Shown: positions 13,128-25,631 of the stretch, one piece after another | Numbering within the stretch: position 1 is the stretch's first letter | Layout: each line of letters opens with the position of its first letter | Assembly: GCA_028534125.1 (NCBI GenBank) | Contig: CM052818.1 | Span: 436,001-500,000 of the forward strand | From: Lama glama | Taxonomy: Eukaryota | Reading direction: 5' to 3' | DNA length: 64,000 nucleotides | Position numbers and translations under genes: made by a program | Notes under the pieces: model-generated | The model's database searches: none | What the model was told of the DNA's origin: nothing | What the model saw: only the letters and a program-made list of their open reading frames with translations

Positions 13128-13303
13128 GGGGGCAGAGGGCATGGCTCAAGTGATAGAGTGCATGCTTAGCACGGATGAGGTCATGGGTTCAATCCCCAGT
13201 ACCTCCTCTAGAAAAATAAATAAATGTAATTACCTCCTCCCCCCCAAGCCAAAAAGAATTAAAAAATAATGCAATAATAAACAAAATATTTAAAAAAAAA
13301 AAA
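13128..13303 (+). mobile_element. tRNA-Ala-derived SINE (Vic-1-like)
   Basis: Head, AT-rich body and poly(A). Perfect 14-bp TSD AAGATGACTTTGCC at 13114-13127 and 13304-13317. Confidence 0.9.
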
Positions 13304-15170
13304 AAGATGACTTTGCCAACCAAGGTGTGAGCATCCACCCTGACCAAAGTGCTGAGTGATTAGAAGAGAATGGAGCCAACCTTGACACTGTGAAGGGGAA
13401 AAAATGCCCCCACTAGATCCCTGATCAGGTCAGAGAGACTTGCCCCCTGTCCCTGCCCAGGGCGGGAGACTAGGGGGAGTGCACGGCCTGGGCGCCGGCT
13501 CTTAGCTGCCTCGCCCCGGCCAGGACTGACAGCTCTCTGTCCCTGCTGGACAGCTCCCACTCCATCTGCTGAGTGGCCTGCCCCCACCATCCACAGCGAG
13601 GGTTTTTCCAGGGACCTGAAAGACTCAGGGAAGCTTCCCAGAGGGCCCTGGAATTTAGACTCGGCGCTGAGCACTCAGGCCAGTGGTCAAAAGATTAGTA
13701 AGTAAACCTCATGGTGGCCACAGTGCCCCTTCTCCACAGGGGACAGTCCCAAGCCACCATGCAGAGCCCTCCCTAGTCTTTCCTCCGGGTCCTCTCAGCA
13801 GCGGCCGCTCCTTCCCCACACCTTCATCTGCTTCAGTCCTTCGCGAACGGGGAAGACAGCCTGACACCGAGTCATTGCTCCAGGACAACCCAAACCACCG
13901 AGAACTTCATGCAGTGTCCCCAAAGCAGGTGCAGTTGTTCCTAGTCTGGGGCAAACTCAGGACAACTAAAAGCCAAATGCCACCCATACCCGGGACAGCA
14001 ATCCCGTTGTGCCCTCCTCACCTGCTGCCCCTCACACGCCTCCCAGCCCTCAGGCTGAGTCACGGGGGGGGGGGGGGACCAGGACAGCACAGGCAGGTAC
14101 TCCAGTGAGGGGTAGGTGTCCTGACTACCTGGACGGGGTGGGGGAGGTGTGTAAAGCGCAGATGGCTGCGCCCTATCCCCAGGGGTTCTGATTCAATCCA
14201 TCTAGGTGAAAATCTGCATTTCTAACATGTCCCACGTCATGCTGTTGCTGTCTTCCGGTCAGCCTGGGACCATACTTTGGGAACAGCTGGGTTTAAAGAT
14301 GGGGCGGGGTCAGGAAGGCCAGTCAGGAAGCTGTGCTGGACAGGATGAGAGCCTGAAGCAGGGCAGGGCCAGCAGGGATGGAAGGGAGGGGCACCAGAAA
14401 GGTGCCCACGTGGGTGTGGAGCACAAGGGAGAGCGGGGAGTCTAGACTGACTTGTGTTCCTAGCTGGAAGGATGCAGGGGAAGGACTCTGAAGTAGGGAA
14501 CCCAGGAGACATAGTAGCACCGAGCAGAGGGGACAAGGGTCCCATTTTGGAGGGTCATCTGGGCGGGGATGTCCAATAGGCAGTCTGCAATTTTAATCTG
14601 GATCAGGCATGAGGCATTGGGACTGTAGGAACATGGCAGTGAAAGTCATTGCCATAGAGCTGATAGCTGCTAGTTTGGGAAATGGATCGGCTACTCAGAA
14701 AGGGGACATGTATTATAAGAGGGGCAAGGACCACAGGACACGGACAATTCCACACGCTGTGAGCCTTCTTGGCAGCTGCCTTGGGCTGTAATTCCCAATA
14801 TTTAGGGACTGACGGACGGAATCCAGTAAGGAAAGGAGGAAGGTCAGAAACAGTGAAGTTCAGGAGGCAGTTGATGGTTTCCTGGTCCCCAGTTGCCGCA
14901 GCCCAGGGGCTAGGAGCTGTGTGAGGGGCCGCAGGTGAGGAGGGCCCGCGGGATCGCTTTCCCAGGTGCTGGTGGCATTTCCCTTCAGCCTTCAGCTGTC
15001 CTGGTCTTGCACCAGACCTGGCACAATTGCACCCGCTCTGGGGACACTGCATGGGTGTCCCAGGCCGGCCCGGGGCCTGGGAGGGGAGGTGTGGAGGGAG
15101 GAGACCCACTGCCATTCTTGGTATGGTTCTCTCTCTGGAAGCAGAGCTGCATCTGGCCTCCCTCTGGGCA

Positions 15171-15430
15171 GCTTATAAGGCCTGGTGCGAGTTTTGTTTA
15201 TGCAAGTGCAGCACAGAAGGGACAAATCTGCCAGCACCGGGACTGTTGCCTCTTGAGTCCTTTTGCATACATTTCTCAAATGATAATTCACTCTACCCAA
15301 CCCCCTTCCCCACCCCTAAGGCCGATTTATTGAAAAAACCACCTTATATGGTAATATTGCTAACACACCGTCAGCTGGCCTTTTTAGGGACTCTGTTTAA
15401 AGAAGATCCGCCTCTGGGGTTTTATATTGC
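15171..15430 (+). promoter_or_regulatory. ACTG2: ACTG2 proximal promoter: SRF CArG boxes, E-box, TATA-like element
   Basis: Perfect CC(A/T)6GG at 15342-15351 (CCTTATATGG) and 15379-15388 (CCTTTTTAGG). Near-CArG GCTTATAAGG at 15171-15180, E-box CAGCTG at 15372-15377, TTTATAT at 15421-15427 just before exon 1. Confidence 0.85.
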
Positions 15431-15444
15431 TCTGGTATTTATGC

Positions 15445-15495
15445 CAAAGACACAGCAGCCCTCAGTCACTGGGAGAAGGACCTCTCATACACCCG
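15445..15495 (+). other. ACTG2: ACTG2 exon 1 (non-coding 5' UTR); TSS approximate
   Basis: agccctcagtcactgggagaaggacctctcatac resembles the human ACTG2 5' UTR (recalled). Followed by donor G|GTGAGT at 15496. Confidence 0.8.
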
Positions 15496-16344
15496 GTGAG
15501 TACTGCACCGCTTCTGCCATCTCATCTCTGCCTTTCTGGGGCCGCCTGGCCCCCTGGGTGCAGGCGGCGCCTCCAGATTGGCCTGGCTTCCGTGACGCCG
15601 GCCCAGGTCACACGTCAAGGCCCTCGGTGTGCAGTGGTGCCTGCAAGCACACTGCTGCCTGCCAGGGAGAGGCATTTCTGGCCATGGGGCATCCTGGGGC
15701 AGGGACAGCCTGGACCGGTGCTTCCTGCTCCCTAACTGGGTGGTGGGAAGGATAGTCACCTGCGGTCTCTACTCACGGTGCTCACCAGGGCCAGTGCAGA
15801 TCTACACCCTCATATCCTCTGTCCTGGCACAGAATGTCTGGGAGGTTGTTTTAGAGCAGCAGATGCTCTTCAGAAGAATGGCTTTCCTCGGGGTATTTGA
15901 ATCCAAACCAGTGATGATTCCTGTGTCCCTGATATGTCATGTTGGGGATAGGAGAGTATTTTCTTCTGACCCCTGTGGGTTTCTCTGACCTCTGATGCAT
16001 GCTTGGCTGAGTTTTCTCAGCCTTGAAGGCTCCAGGGTCATTGGGGGAGGCAAAAAGTCAGGAGTAGGGTGGGGCAAGTGTCCTGAGGCATTGTGTGGTT
16101 TTAGGGCTGGAAGGAACATGAAACTATCCGATTCATTCTCTGAGGAGAACACTGAGGCCTAGAGAAGTTAAGCAACTTGTCCAAAGGACTCACGCCAGCT
16201 ATAAAACCACCCGCCAGTGCCACTGTCCTCCCCCACCACACACACAGACACAAGGACACAAACAATTAAGAGGAAAATGGGACCGAGTCTGTGTCCACAT
16301 TTGCGATCAGAGTCCGCTGACATCTCCTGCCAGCCGAGGCTGGC

Positions 16345-16500
16345 TGGTGCAGTGGTGCAGGCCCTGGGGGCAGACTGCCCAGCTACCTAAGTTACTGAGA
16401 ACCTCAATTTCCTCACCCTTAAAAGGGGAGCGATAGCAATAAGATCTACCTGGCAGTGCTGTTGGAAGGAGTCAGTGAGCTAACACATGTATCAAGAGCT
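16345..16500 (+). mobile_element. MIR SINE fragment
   Basis: MIR core-like aacctcaatttcctcacccttaaaaggggagcgatagcaata...tacctggcagtgctgttg. Confidence 0.6.
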
Positions 16501-16529
16501 CAGGTCGGTGATGTCGGGTCCTGGCCCTG

Positions 16530-16700
16530 AGTGCTCAGACTTGCAAAATCACCTGGAAGACCTGTTAAAATTCAAAATTTGCCTGACCTCTAACCCCAGA
16601 TTCTGACTCAGTAGACTGGGGTGGGGCCTGATAATTTCCATTTCGAATAAGCTCCCAGGTGATGCTGAGGCTGAAGTCTGGGACCACACTTTGCACAGGG
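16530..16700. mobile_element. MER5A-like hAT-Charlie element
   Basis: aatcacctggaagacctgttaaaa...gattctgactcagtagactggggtggggcctg...agctcccaggtgatgctga...ggaccacacttt. Confidence 0.7.
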
Positions 16701-18156
16701 AGGCTCTAAGCACTTGCTTTTATTCCTTGAGTGGGTTTAGACTTTGAGACTGGCTCTTGGGCTGAAGTGAGGCGGAGATTCCTGTGACAGAGTTATTTGG
16801 GCATTAGGAAAACTATGGTGAGCAGAGATTTCACAGGCCAGGCCTGGGAAACCAAGGTGGGCAGTATGACATCATGACCTTGAGCCTAGATTTCTTTCCT
16901 CCTTTCCTTTGTTCATTCCGGCAACATTTATTGAGCGCTTATGTGCCAGGCACTGTCGCTGCACCTTAGGGACAGTGTAGGGGCTTCTGTAGTCACTGGG
17001 AGAGACAGATGAGAGGAACAGATAAATATATGAGAGGGATGAAGCCCAGGAGGAGCCCCTCACTCAGCCTAGAAGTTATCAGGGAAGGCTTCCTGGAGGA
17101 AGGGGTAGTCCCAGGACAGAGAAGGCACGGTCTTTGGGACACTTTAAGTGGCTCAATTCCACTTAGATTATAGATATAGATTTCAAGGCAGGAAGCAGGG
17201 AGAGCTAAGGTCAGAAGGGTGGGCAGGGCCAGATTACTGGGGCTTTATACACTGAACTAAAGGATTGGGCAATGGGGGACTAGAGAAGGGTGACAGCAGG
17301 AAACTTGCCCTCTGAAGGGACTGCTCGGGCAGCTGTGAGGAGAGTGGACAGGAACGGGCCAAGACTGCTACCACAGTGTGCAGTGGCCCCAAGTGGGTGG
17401 TGCCGGGTGGCAAGGGGGGCTTGGGTCTTGGTGGGGAGGGAGGAGGGCAGAGTCGCAGTGTTAGGACTGGGCTCCATCCTGAGTGAGTGGTGCGATTCTC
17501 TGAGGAGCCAGTCCAGTTAGAGGACGGGGATGAGGGCAGCAGTCCCAGGGGTGGAGTCGAGGGGCCGTGGGGTGGAGATGCCCCGCAGGCAGTTGGCTCT
17601 GTGGCTCTGGAGCTCAGGACAGGGGCTGGGACTGGAGCTAAGCAGGAGGAGACAGTGAGTGGTTGGGGTAAAAGTTAGAAGAGCAGGCTCCAAGGGCAGA
17701 TCCCTGGGAATCAGAAATGTTACTAGGCAGAAGCTGTTTCTAATTTAATTAGTGTATGTCAAACAAGTCAAGATACCCTGAAGTTAATAAGAGATGCTGC
17801 ACGTATTTTTCACCGTGGGAGTGCTTCTGGGCAATCATCACGTGGATATACGTGCACGTGCAGATTGTGATAGGCTGCCTACCTGTCATTTGCATCCTCA
17901 CCCCAAGATATTTCCCCCACTGTTATTTGAAATCTTACCATCGGAGCGGCCTTCCTTTTCGGACTTTAACTTTCCACTAAAACGAAAATGTCTTTGGGAG
18001 CTGGCATGAATTCAACCTTCCAGTTGATCATCATAATCATTGATTTGGGACGTGGCTCACCCATCTCCTCCCAGTGTGACCGACTTCGTCTGGGAGCAAG
18101 TTCTAATGGAGAAGAGTAACAGAGATACTAAGAATTATTTCTGCCGCCTTTCACAA

Positions 18157-18548
18157 CAGGGCTTGGCAAACTTGTCCTGTAGAGGCCAAGCTAGTAAATA
18201 TTTTAGGTTTTGTGAGTCTTCAACTCTGCCATTGTAGCCTAGCAGCCATGGACGGTATGTAAATGTGGCTGTGAGCCAATAAAGCTCTTTACAGGCACTG
18301 AAACTTGATTTTCATATTGCTTTCTTGAAGAGAATATTTTTTTGCAACCATTTAAAAATATCAAAACCATTCTTAGGGAACTGTATTCAATATCTTACAG
18401 TAACCTTTAATGAAAAATAATATGAAAACGAATATATTTATGTATGCACGACGGGGACATTATGCTGTACACCGGAGATTGACGCATTGTAACTGATGGT
18501 ACTTCATTAAAAAAAAAAGTTCCTAACTCCTGGGCTGCACAAAAACAC
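18157..18548. mobile_element. MER58-like hAT element with a nested L1 3' end (about 18377-18518, +)
   Basis: cagggcttggcaaact...agtaaatattttagg...aaaaccattcttag is interrupted by tgctgtacaccggagattgac...poly(A). Confidence 0.6.
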
Positions 18549-21500
18549 GCGTTAGTGTGCTGACCGGGATTTACAATTTATAAAGCACTTCATTCCCATT
18601 ATTTCGTTTGACCCATCATCCCGGGAGATAAATGCCACCGGCTCCCGTTTTACAGTGGAGGGAACTGAAGGCCAAAGTGGGAGACCGGGGAGGGGCTGGG
18701 GAAAGGGCACCCCGAGGCAGGAGAAGGGCAAAGAAAGGAGGGTGGGAGGGGACTCTGAAGCCAAATCCGGCTCCCTCAGAGTGAGGGGTTGGCTCTCATC
18801 CCATCCTCTTATTTGCTTGGGGGCATCCAGGGGGGTAAGTGAGAGAGCACATTCTTCCTGCTTATTGCTGGGGAGAGGGGAGCTATGTTTCCAACTCCGT
18901 GAAATCCTCAACGAAGCCCAGATGCAGTTCATGCTAAAGAGCCCAGCACAGTTCACTCAGCTGTCTGCGAGTGCAAAGCGGTTGTGACCCAGGAAACCGC
19001 AGTGACTTTGGCTCTGGTTCAGCTGACACGCTCGAGTCCAGCCGCAAATTACCAGCCAGCGGCTGAGGGAGGTTTAGAGTTTCTCCCGCCAGAGACATTC
19101 CAGGAGAGCCAGGCTCCGTGGTCAAACCCTTCTCCCCGGGGCAGCTGGGGTCCCCATCGAGGCTCCACTCCAGGCGAGCACCCCTCACCCTGCCTGCACC
19201 CCACCCTCACACTTCTCATTTGGCTCCGACTTCGAAAAAGCGGATTTAAATCCACCTGAAGTGCTGTAGAATGGCATTGTTGACAGCTTGAAGCTGCTTT
19301 GTGGCTTGTCTCAGCAGCTGGAAAGCAAGTCCAAAGCCCTCTTTCTTTCCATGCATAGGGAACTTCAGGTGGAGACAAAAGGGCTCGTCGGAAAGCCAGA
19401 AAGGCATGAGAGAGGGGTGCTGACGGGACCCCAGAGGGAGGCAGCCACCGGGGGGCAGCGTTGCTCCTAGCTGCCTTCTAGCTTTAGAGGTGCTCTTCCA
19501 CTCGGGGCGGACCCCCTGCTAGAACAGGGAAATAGCTCTTTGCTGACCAGCTTGTGCAGAGCACTGTCCCTGGGTGGGTCTAAATCAGGCCCACGTGACT
19601 GAGCTGTCATGAGACGTGGGGCCTGTGGGGGCAGAGCAGACCACCCGGGGGAGGGCCAGGAAGGTGGTGGGACAGTCAACCAACATTCACTGAGCACCCA
19701 CTGTGTGCTAAACGCCGGCGTGGAGGCTGTACACATAGATCCAGACCTCGTCGTGGCATAGGAGGGGCTCAGAGGCTCAGAGAGAGAAAAGAACACAGAC
19801 CCTTTTGTTTTAGGGCTTTGGCTGCCACCAGCCCTAGAGAGACGGGGAGGCAGAAGCAAAACACCAAACATGGAGAAGTCGTGAGAGTTTCACTGAGGTG
19901 ATGGGGAAGGTGTAGGCCTGGATTTGGAACCTGTTCTGGGCCGGCCAGCCCTGCTCTCCCAGCCAGGAGCCCGTGGGCTAAGTCCTTTCTCTTCCTTGAG
20001 ACTTGGTTTCCTTGTCTGTAAAATGGGAATAAAAATATCTTCCCTCAGGGCTTTTGTGAGGATTAAACAGATAATGTATGTGGGAGGCCCCTATTTTTTT
20101 TTAATTAAAAATACATTTTTACCGAAAATGAACCACGGAACATACTGCTGTTTTACCTAACAAAGAGGCTTGCATATTTTCCACTGCATTAAATATTCTC
20201 TCTATCTTATGGAGGTTTCTGGCAACTAGTTTACAAAATGATTTGTTTATTATCCAATAACTTTTTTCAACATTCAGTTTGTTTCTGATTTTGATTATTT
20301 TAAACAAAGCTGTGAGAAACTGACTCCTGGCCCAATCTTTGCACTCACCGATGAGTATTTTCCCAATGATAAATTCCCACAAGTGTCTTTGTGGAGTCAA
20401 CATTTTTAAGGCTTTTGATAAGCATGTTTGAATCTCCCTTCAGAAAAGCAGTTCAATTCAACACGTGTCAGCAGTGAACGCAAGCCCGCCTCCCCACGCC
20501 TCTGCCTGCGAGGGTGGCCCTGAGAACGGGACACAGTTCTCCAGCCAGAGGTGGGGTTAGCTTTTAGGCCTGGCTACAGCACATCGCGGACTGTCAACAG
20601 CACACTAGGTCCTGCTCACAGCTGCCGAACAAGAGCTTTCACAGTCTGGTTATCTAGACTCACATCCAGACCCTCACATTTATCCTATTAAATTTAATTG
20701 TATTGCATTCCGCCCATTTCCTTCTGCTTTGTGAGATCTTGGACTTTGGTTCCTCCATCCAACATATTTGTTTTATCTGGAAATTTAAGCATGTATTCTA
20801 TATTTTCATCCAACTCATTTATCAGAGTTTCACATGAGGAAGGACCAAGAGTGGAGCTCTGAGGCATACTGATGCCTCCAGGTTGACACTGACCTATCCA
20901 TGAACACCTTTCAATGACAGTAACGCAGGCAGCTGTAAATATGCCCAACTGATTTTTTGTTCAGCCCGTGGGACTTTATCACTAGGGATATCACGGGAGA
21001 ACTTGTCAGAGGGTGAGATCAAGTTGAGCTCAGTGTCTCCCACCTTCTGCATTTCCAGCCTGGTGGTCCTGGGAAAAAAGGGGAGGCTGTTCCTCTGCCA
21101 GCATTTGTTCCTGGTAGATTCTTACCAATTACAAAAGATCACTGTTTCTTTAATGATGCTTTCTTTGATAACACCTTCTGGAAATGTGCCTAATTTTCAC
21201 ATCAAGATTATCTGAGGTTTTAGACAACTGCCTTCTTTTCCTTTTTGAACACTGGGAAAATATTTGCCATCTCTGCCTCCTGATATCTCTCCATGTCTCC
21301 AGTCTTCTAACACGGTGGGAGCTGAGGGAGCTTCTCTGCAATCCAGAAACTGTTCAGACGAGAGATGATATTGTTTTGAGCAACTAAATACTTTCCTTCA
21401 GTCGCCGCCTCACCTCAGACCTTGGTATCCTCTTACCCAGATTTGTTCGACTTCTGTTAATCTGAAAATCCTGCTCCTTGACATCCATTGATTCATTCAC

Positions 21501-22159
21501 TCATTCATTTGGATGAGTTTAATCACTATTGATTAAACAAATGTTTAAGGGCCCACCCTGTGCCAGGGTGTTAGGCATATCGATGAATCGCTGGAGAAAA
21601 GAGCAGACCCAGCTCCTGCCTTTACAGAAATACAGCTGAGCCCCGTTGTGCAGAGATGATCGCTGCAGGGACACATTCGAGGTGCTGTGAGGCAAAGAAG
21701 AAGGGCCACTAACTGAGGTGGGTGGGCCAGAGAGGCCTCGTGAAAATGCAGTGTTGATGCAGAGGACTGACAGGTGACAGGAGGCAGAGGAGCAAACGGG
21801 GGTGGGGGGTGTTCCAGACCCCATGTCTAAAGGTCCAGAAGGGAGAGGAGATGACACAGTTAAGAGAACCCACACAGCCAGAGAGAGAAGGCCAAGGGGT
21901 ACGAGAGGGGAGATGAGCCTGGAGACACAGGCGGGGCCAGATCTTGCTGGGCCTTGTGGGCTGAGTTTGAGACCTGGGACTTGATCTCCATGGCCTTGGG
22001 GACTTGTGAAGGTCGACAGGGACAGAGCAGATCTGGATTCAACAAGTCACAGTGGGCCTCCCTGCTAGGGTGCCCTCTGCTTGAATATCACCGGGAAGGG
22101 CTTCCTTTTAGTCTGAAAATTATGTGAAAGAGCTTCTGCTCAGTCTCTTGGTAGCCTTT

Positions 22160-22340
22160 CTTCTTCTTCTTCTTCTTTCTTTCTTTCTCTCTCTCTCTCT
22201 CTGTTTTTATAGAAGTCTAGTCAGTTTACAATGTCGTGTCAGTTTCTGGTGTACAGCATAATGCTTCAGTCATACATGAATATATATATATGTTCGTTTT
22301 CATATTCTTTTTCACCATACTGCAAAATACTGAATATCAT
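22160..22340 (-). mobile_element. Short L1 3' end with pyrimidine microsatellite tail
   Basis: agtttacaatgtcgtgtcagtttctggtgtacagcataatg, preceded by (TTC)n/(CT)n. Confidence 0.6.
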
Positions 22341-23719
22341 TCACAGGCCTGTGGCTCTGTCTCCTCTTGGCTTTGGCCATGGTCTTCGCTGTCCACCTTC
22401 CACATAAGGCCGTGGGAGACCAGGGTCCCAGGTTTCAGTGGCGCTGCTCTCTTCTCCTGCGTGTTCTGAGTGATGCTTGGGCACACCATCCTCGGCAGCC
22501 GCCATCTCTTTCCGCATCTTTTCTGCCTCTCTTCTCTGGACGCCCACAGTCGGCCTGTCCGCTGCTCTTCCCTTCCCACTCCCATTCTGCCTGCCTGGGC
22601 CTTCCCAGGCCGGAAGGCAGTCCCCACACCATCTCCCGAGCTTCTGTTGCTGCCCTGTGGTCACCAAGTGCTGGCTTTTTACACCCTCCCCCTCCCCCGG
22701 TCCAAAGAAAGAAACCTGCCACAGATGCTGGGAGAATTAATTCCCTCATCCCTCTGCAGTCGTTTCAATTCCGGGGTCTGCACTGGAGGAAAGACTCCTG
22801 TTTTACTTCCTCTGAAGCGGCAGGGCCAGTGAGTCCCAGCACGAATTCTCTGGCTTTCCTCTCTCCTCCCAGGCTCCCCCTTCCTCCTCAATGGGCTTCT
22901 ATGCTTAGTGTACATTTTACCTGTAACTACTGCCTCTTTTTGTCCTTAATGACATAATAGGATTGGTTTTAATTCTAAACTGTACCTGGATACACTCTCC
23001 TTGTCAAAAATGTTAACATTACGACCCTTCCCCTCCCGGTCCCCTTCCCACCTCCAGAGGTAATCATTACACTCATTCTTAGATTTGTTTTTTTTTTCCA
23101 GAACTTTTTCCTATGGGTTCACATCCACAAAAAGAAAAGTATGGAAAATACAAAATATTGTTTGGGGCTTTAAAAAGAACTGAGATGGTTTTATGCTGAA
23201 CATTCTATTCTGCAGCTTGCTTTTGATCACACAGTGGAGTGGCTTAGAAATCTATCCGTACTACTTCGTGTCGATCTGCCTGGCCCTTCTCTTAACTTCT
23301 GTACAGTATTCCTCAAGGCACCTTCGGGTAGTACCAGGTTGTTCCTCTGATTACAGACTGCTAGTTTTCCCACCTTTGCCAACACTTATGATAAAACTCT
23401 GAATCTTAACAATACGATGGGTGAAAATGATCTTATTTCATTCACACTTCCTGGTAAGCAGTGAGGCTGGTCAACTTTTCATGTAATTGTTGGATATTTG
23501 TATTTCCTTTTCTGTCAATTATCTATTTCTTGTCTTTCTTTTTCCCCCTTTGGGGCTATTTATTTCTTTCTTACTGATGTAAGAGTTCTTTTACATACTA
23601 AATAATAATTCTTAATTATGTATTTTGCAATTTCTAAATCCCTTTTCTAAACTTTAAGTCTTGTAGAGATTCTCTGCATTGCATTGAAGCTTCATCACCA
23701 CTTCAGTCTTTAAGAGGCA

Positions 23720-24105
23720 GGTGGATCCATTTGCTGGGGCTGCCATGACAAAAGAGCACAGTCTGGGTGGCTTAACAACAGAAATTTATTTTTTCCACAG
23801 TTCTGGAGGCCAGAAGTCTGAGATCAAGGTGTCAGCAGGGCTGGTTTCTTCCGAGGTCTCTCTCCTTGGCCAGTAGAAGACTGTCTTCTTACTGTGTTTT
23901 CACATGGTCTTTTCCTTTCTCTCTGTGTGTCTGTGTTCCAATTTAGTTCTATTGAATTAGGCATATTTGACATCAGTCATATTGGGAAATGACCTCATTT
24001 TAATGTAATTACCGTTTTAAAGGCCCTATCCCCAAATACAGTCACTCTCTGGGCTACTGGAGGTTAGGACTTCAACACAGAAATTGGGGGGCACACAATT
24101 CTGCC
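23720..24105 (-). mobile_element. MLT1-type MaLR LTR
   Basis: gggctgccatgacaaa...ggtggcttaacaacagaaatttatt...cagttctggaggccagaagtctgagatcaaggtgtcagcagg. Confidence 0.75.
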
Positions 24106-24239
24106 CCAAATGGCAGGGTGGAGGTGAGAGGTCCCAATGCCACAGAGTGAGGGGCCAGGGCCACCCTGGTCCCTCCCGGAACTATTGGTTGCCAACAGTC
24201 AGGCCCCAAAGCCAAGAAAACTCTCCAACATGATTCTGA

Positions 24240-24467
<228 letters not shown>

Positions 24468-24517
24468 TGAGCTGCTGGGAGGAAGCACTGCGTCCGACGT
24501 GGAGTCTCTGCCGGGCT

Positions 24518-24598
24518 GTGCGTGCGTGCGTGCGTGCGTATGTGCGTGCGTGCGTGCGTGCGTGTGTGCGTGCGTGCGTGCATATGTGCGTGCGCGTG
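24518..24598. repeat. (TGCG)n microsatellite in ACTG2 intron 2
   Basis: Directly visible alternating purine-pyrimidine tract. Confidence 0.95.
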
Positions 24599-24828
24599 AA
24601 GTAAGGTAAGGTACGAGGACGACGTGGATGGATGCTACCTGTTCTCGCTCAGAAAACGACGCTGTTTTAGGGGAGAGAAGGGAGACCGGCCCGCAGAAAT
24701 CCTCTGCCGTCTCTCCCGCCATTTCCACATCCTCATTATCTGCCCCATCCTTGTCTCTGGTCCTGTTTCCAGAGGAACAGGGCATTTTTCCTGCCTTTAC
24801 CTTCCTTTGGAGACCTTCCGATGCCTAA

Positions 24829-25050
<222 letters not shown>

Positions 25051-25631
25051 TAACGACGGTGTGCCATCACGACCCTCACATCCCGCAGGCCTCCGCCCTG
25101 TTAACTCTTGCTCTAAAATATTTCTCACATCCTTCTTTTTTCCCTGGCCATCCCCACGGCCTGTCTTCAGTCTCGGCTGCCAACATCTCTCACTGGACGA
25201 TTGCAATGGCTTCCTGACTGATTTCCCAGTCTCCTGCCTCACTCACCCAAGTCATTTTCTGCATTGCTGCAAAGTTATCTTTCTGAAAACAGACTCACCT
25301 CCTCGGTCGGACCCTTCAGGCGCTGCTCACTAACAGTAGGTTACTAACTCGCCGCCTGGCATCTGAGGACTGGGTCCCACCTAAGTCCCAGCTTCATCCT
25401 TTCCTGCATCTTTCACTCCAGCCCAGTGCTTATCCTTCTTTAAAACATGCTGCTGCCTCTAGAAAAGCAAATAGCTTTTTCCTTTTATTTTCCCCATCAT
25501 GACCTCAGATAGGTGGCGCATCGATGCTATATTATTATGATGCTTCTCTAGTGAAAATTTTAAGTTGGAATCTCTAGGGATTTCTAGAAGTTGTTTTTGT
25601 GTGTGTCAGAAGATGTGTGTAGGGGGGTAAC

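Noticed and set aside
1..15000. STAMBP exons expected upstream of ACTG2 from human synteny
   Set aside because: No recognisable STAMBP coding sequence. It is presumably outside the window.
15027..15755. 242-aa ORF over the ACTG2 promoter and exon 1
   Set aside because: No recognisable domain, a non-ATG start, and GC-rich regulatory DNA where chance ORFs are expected.
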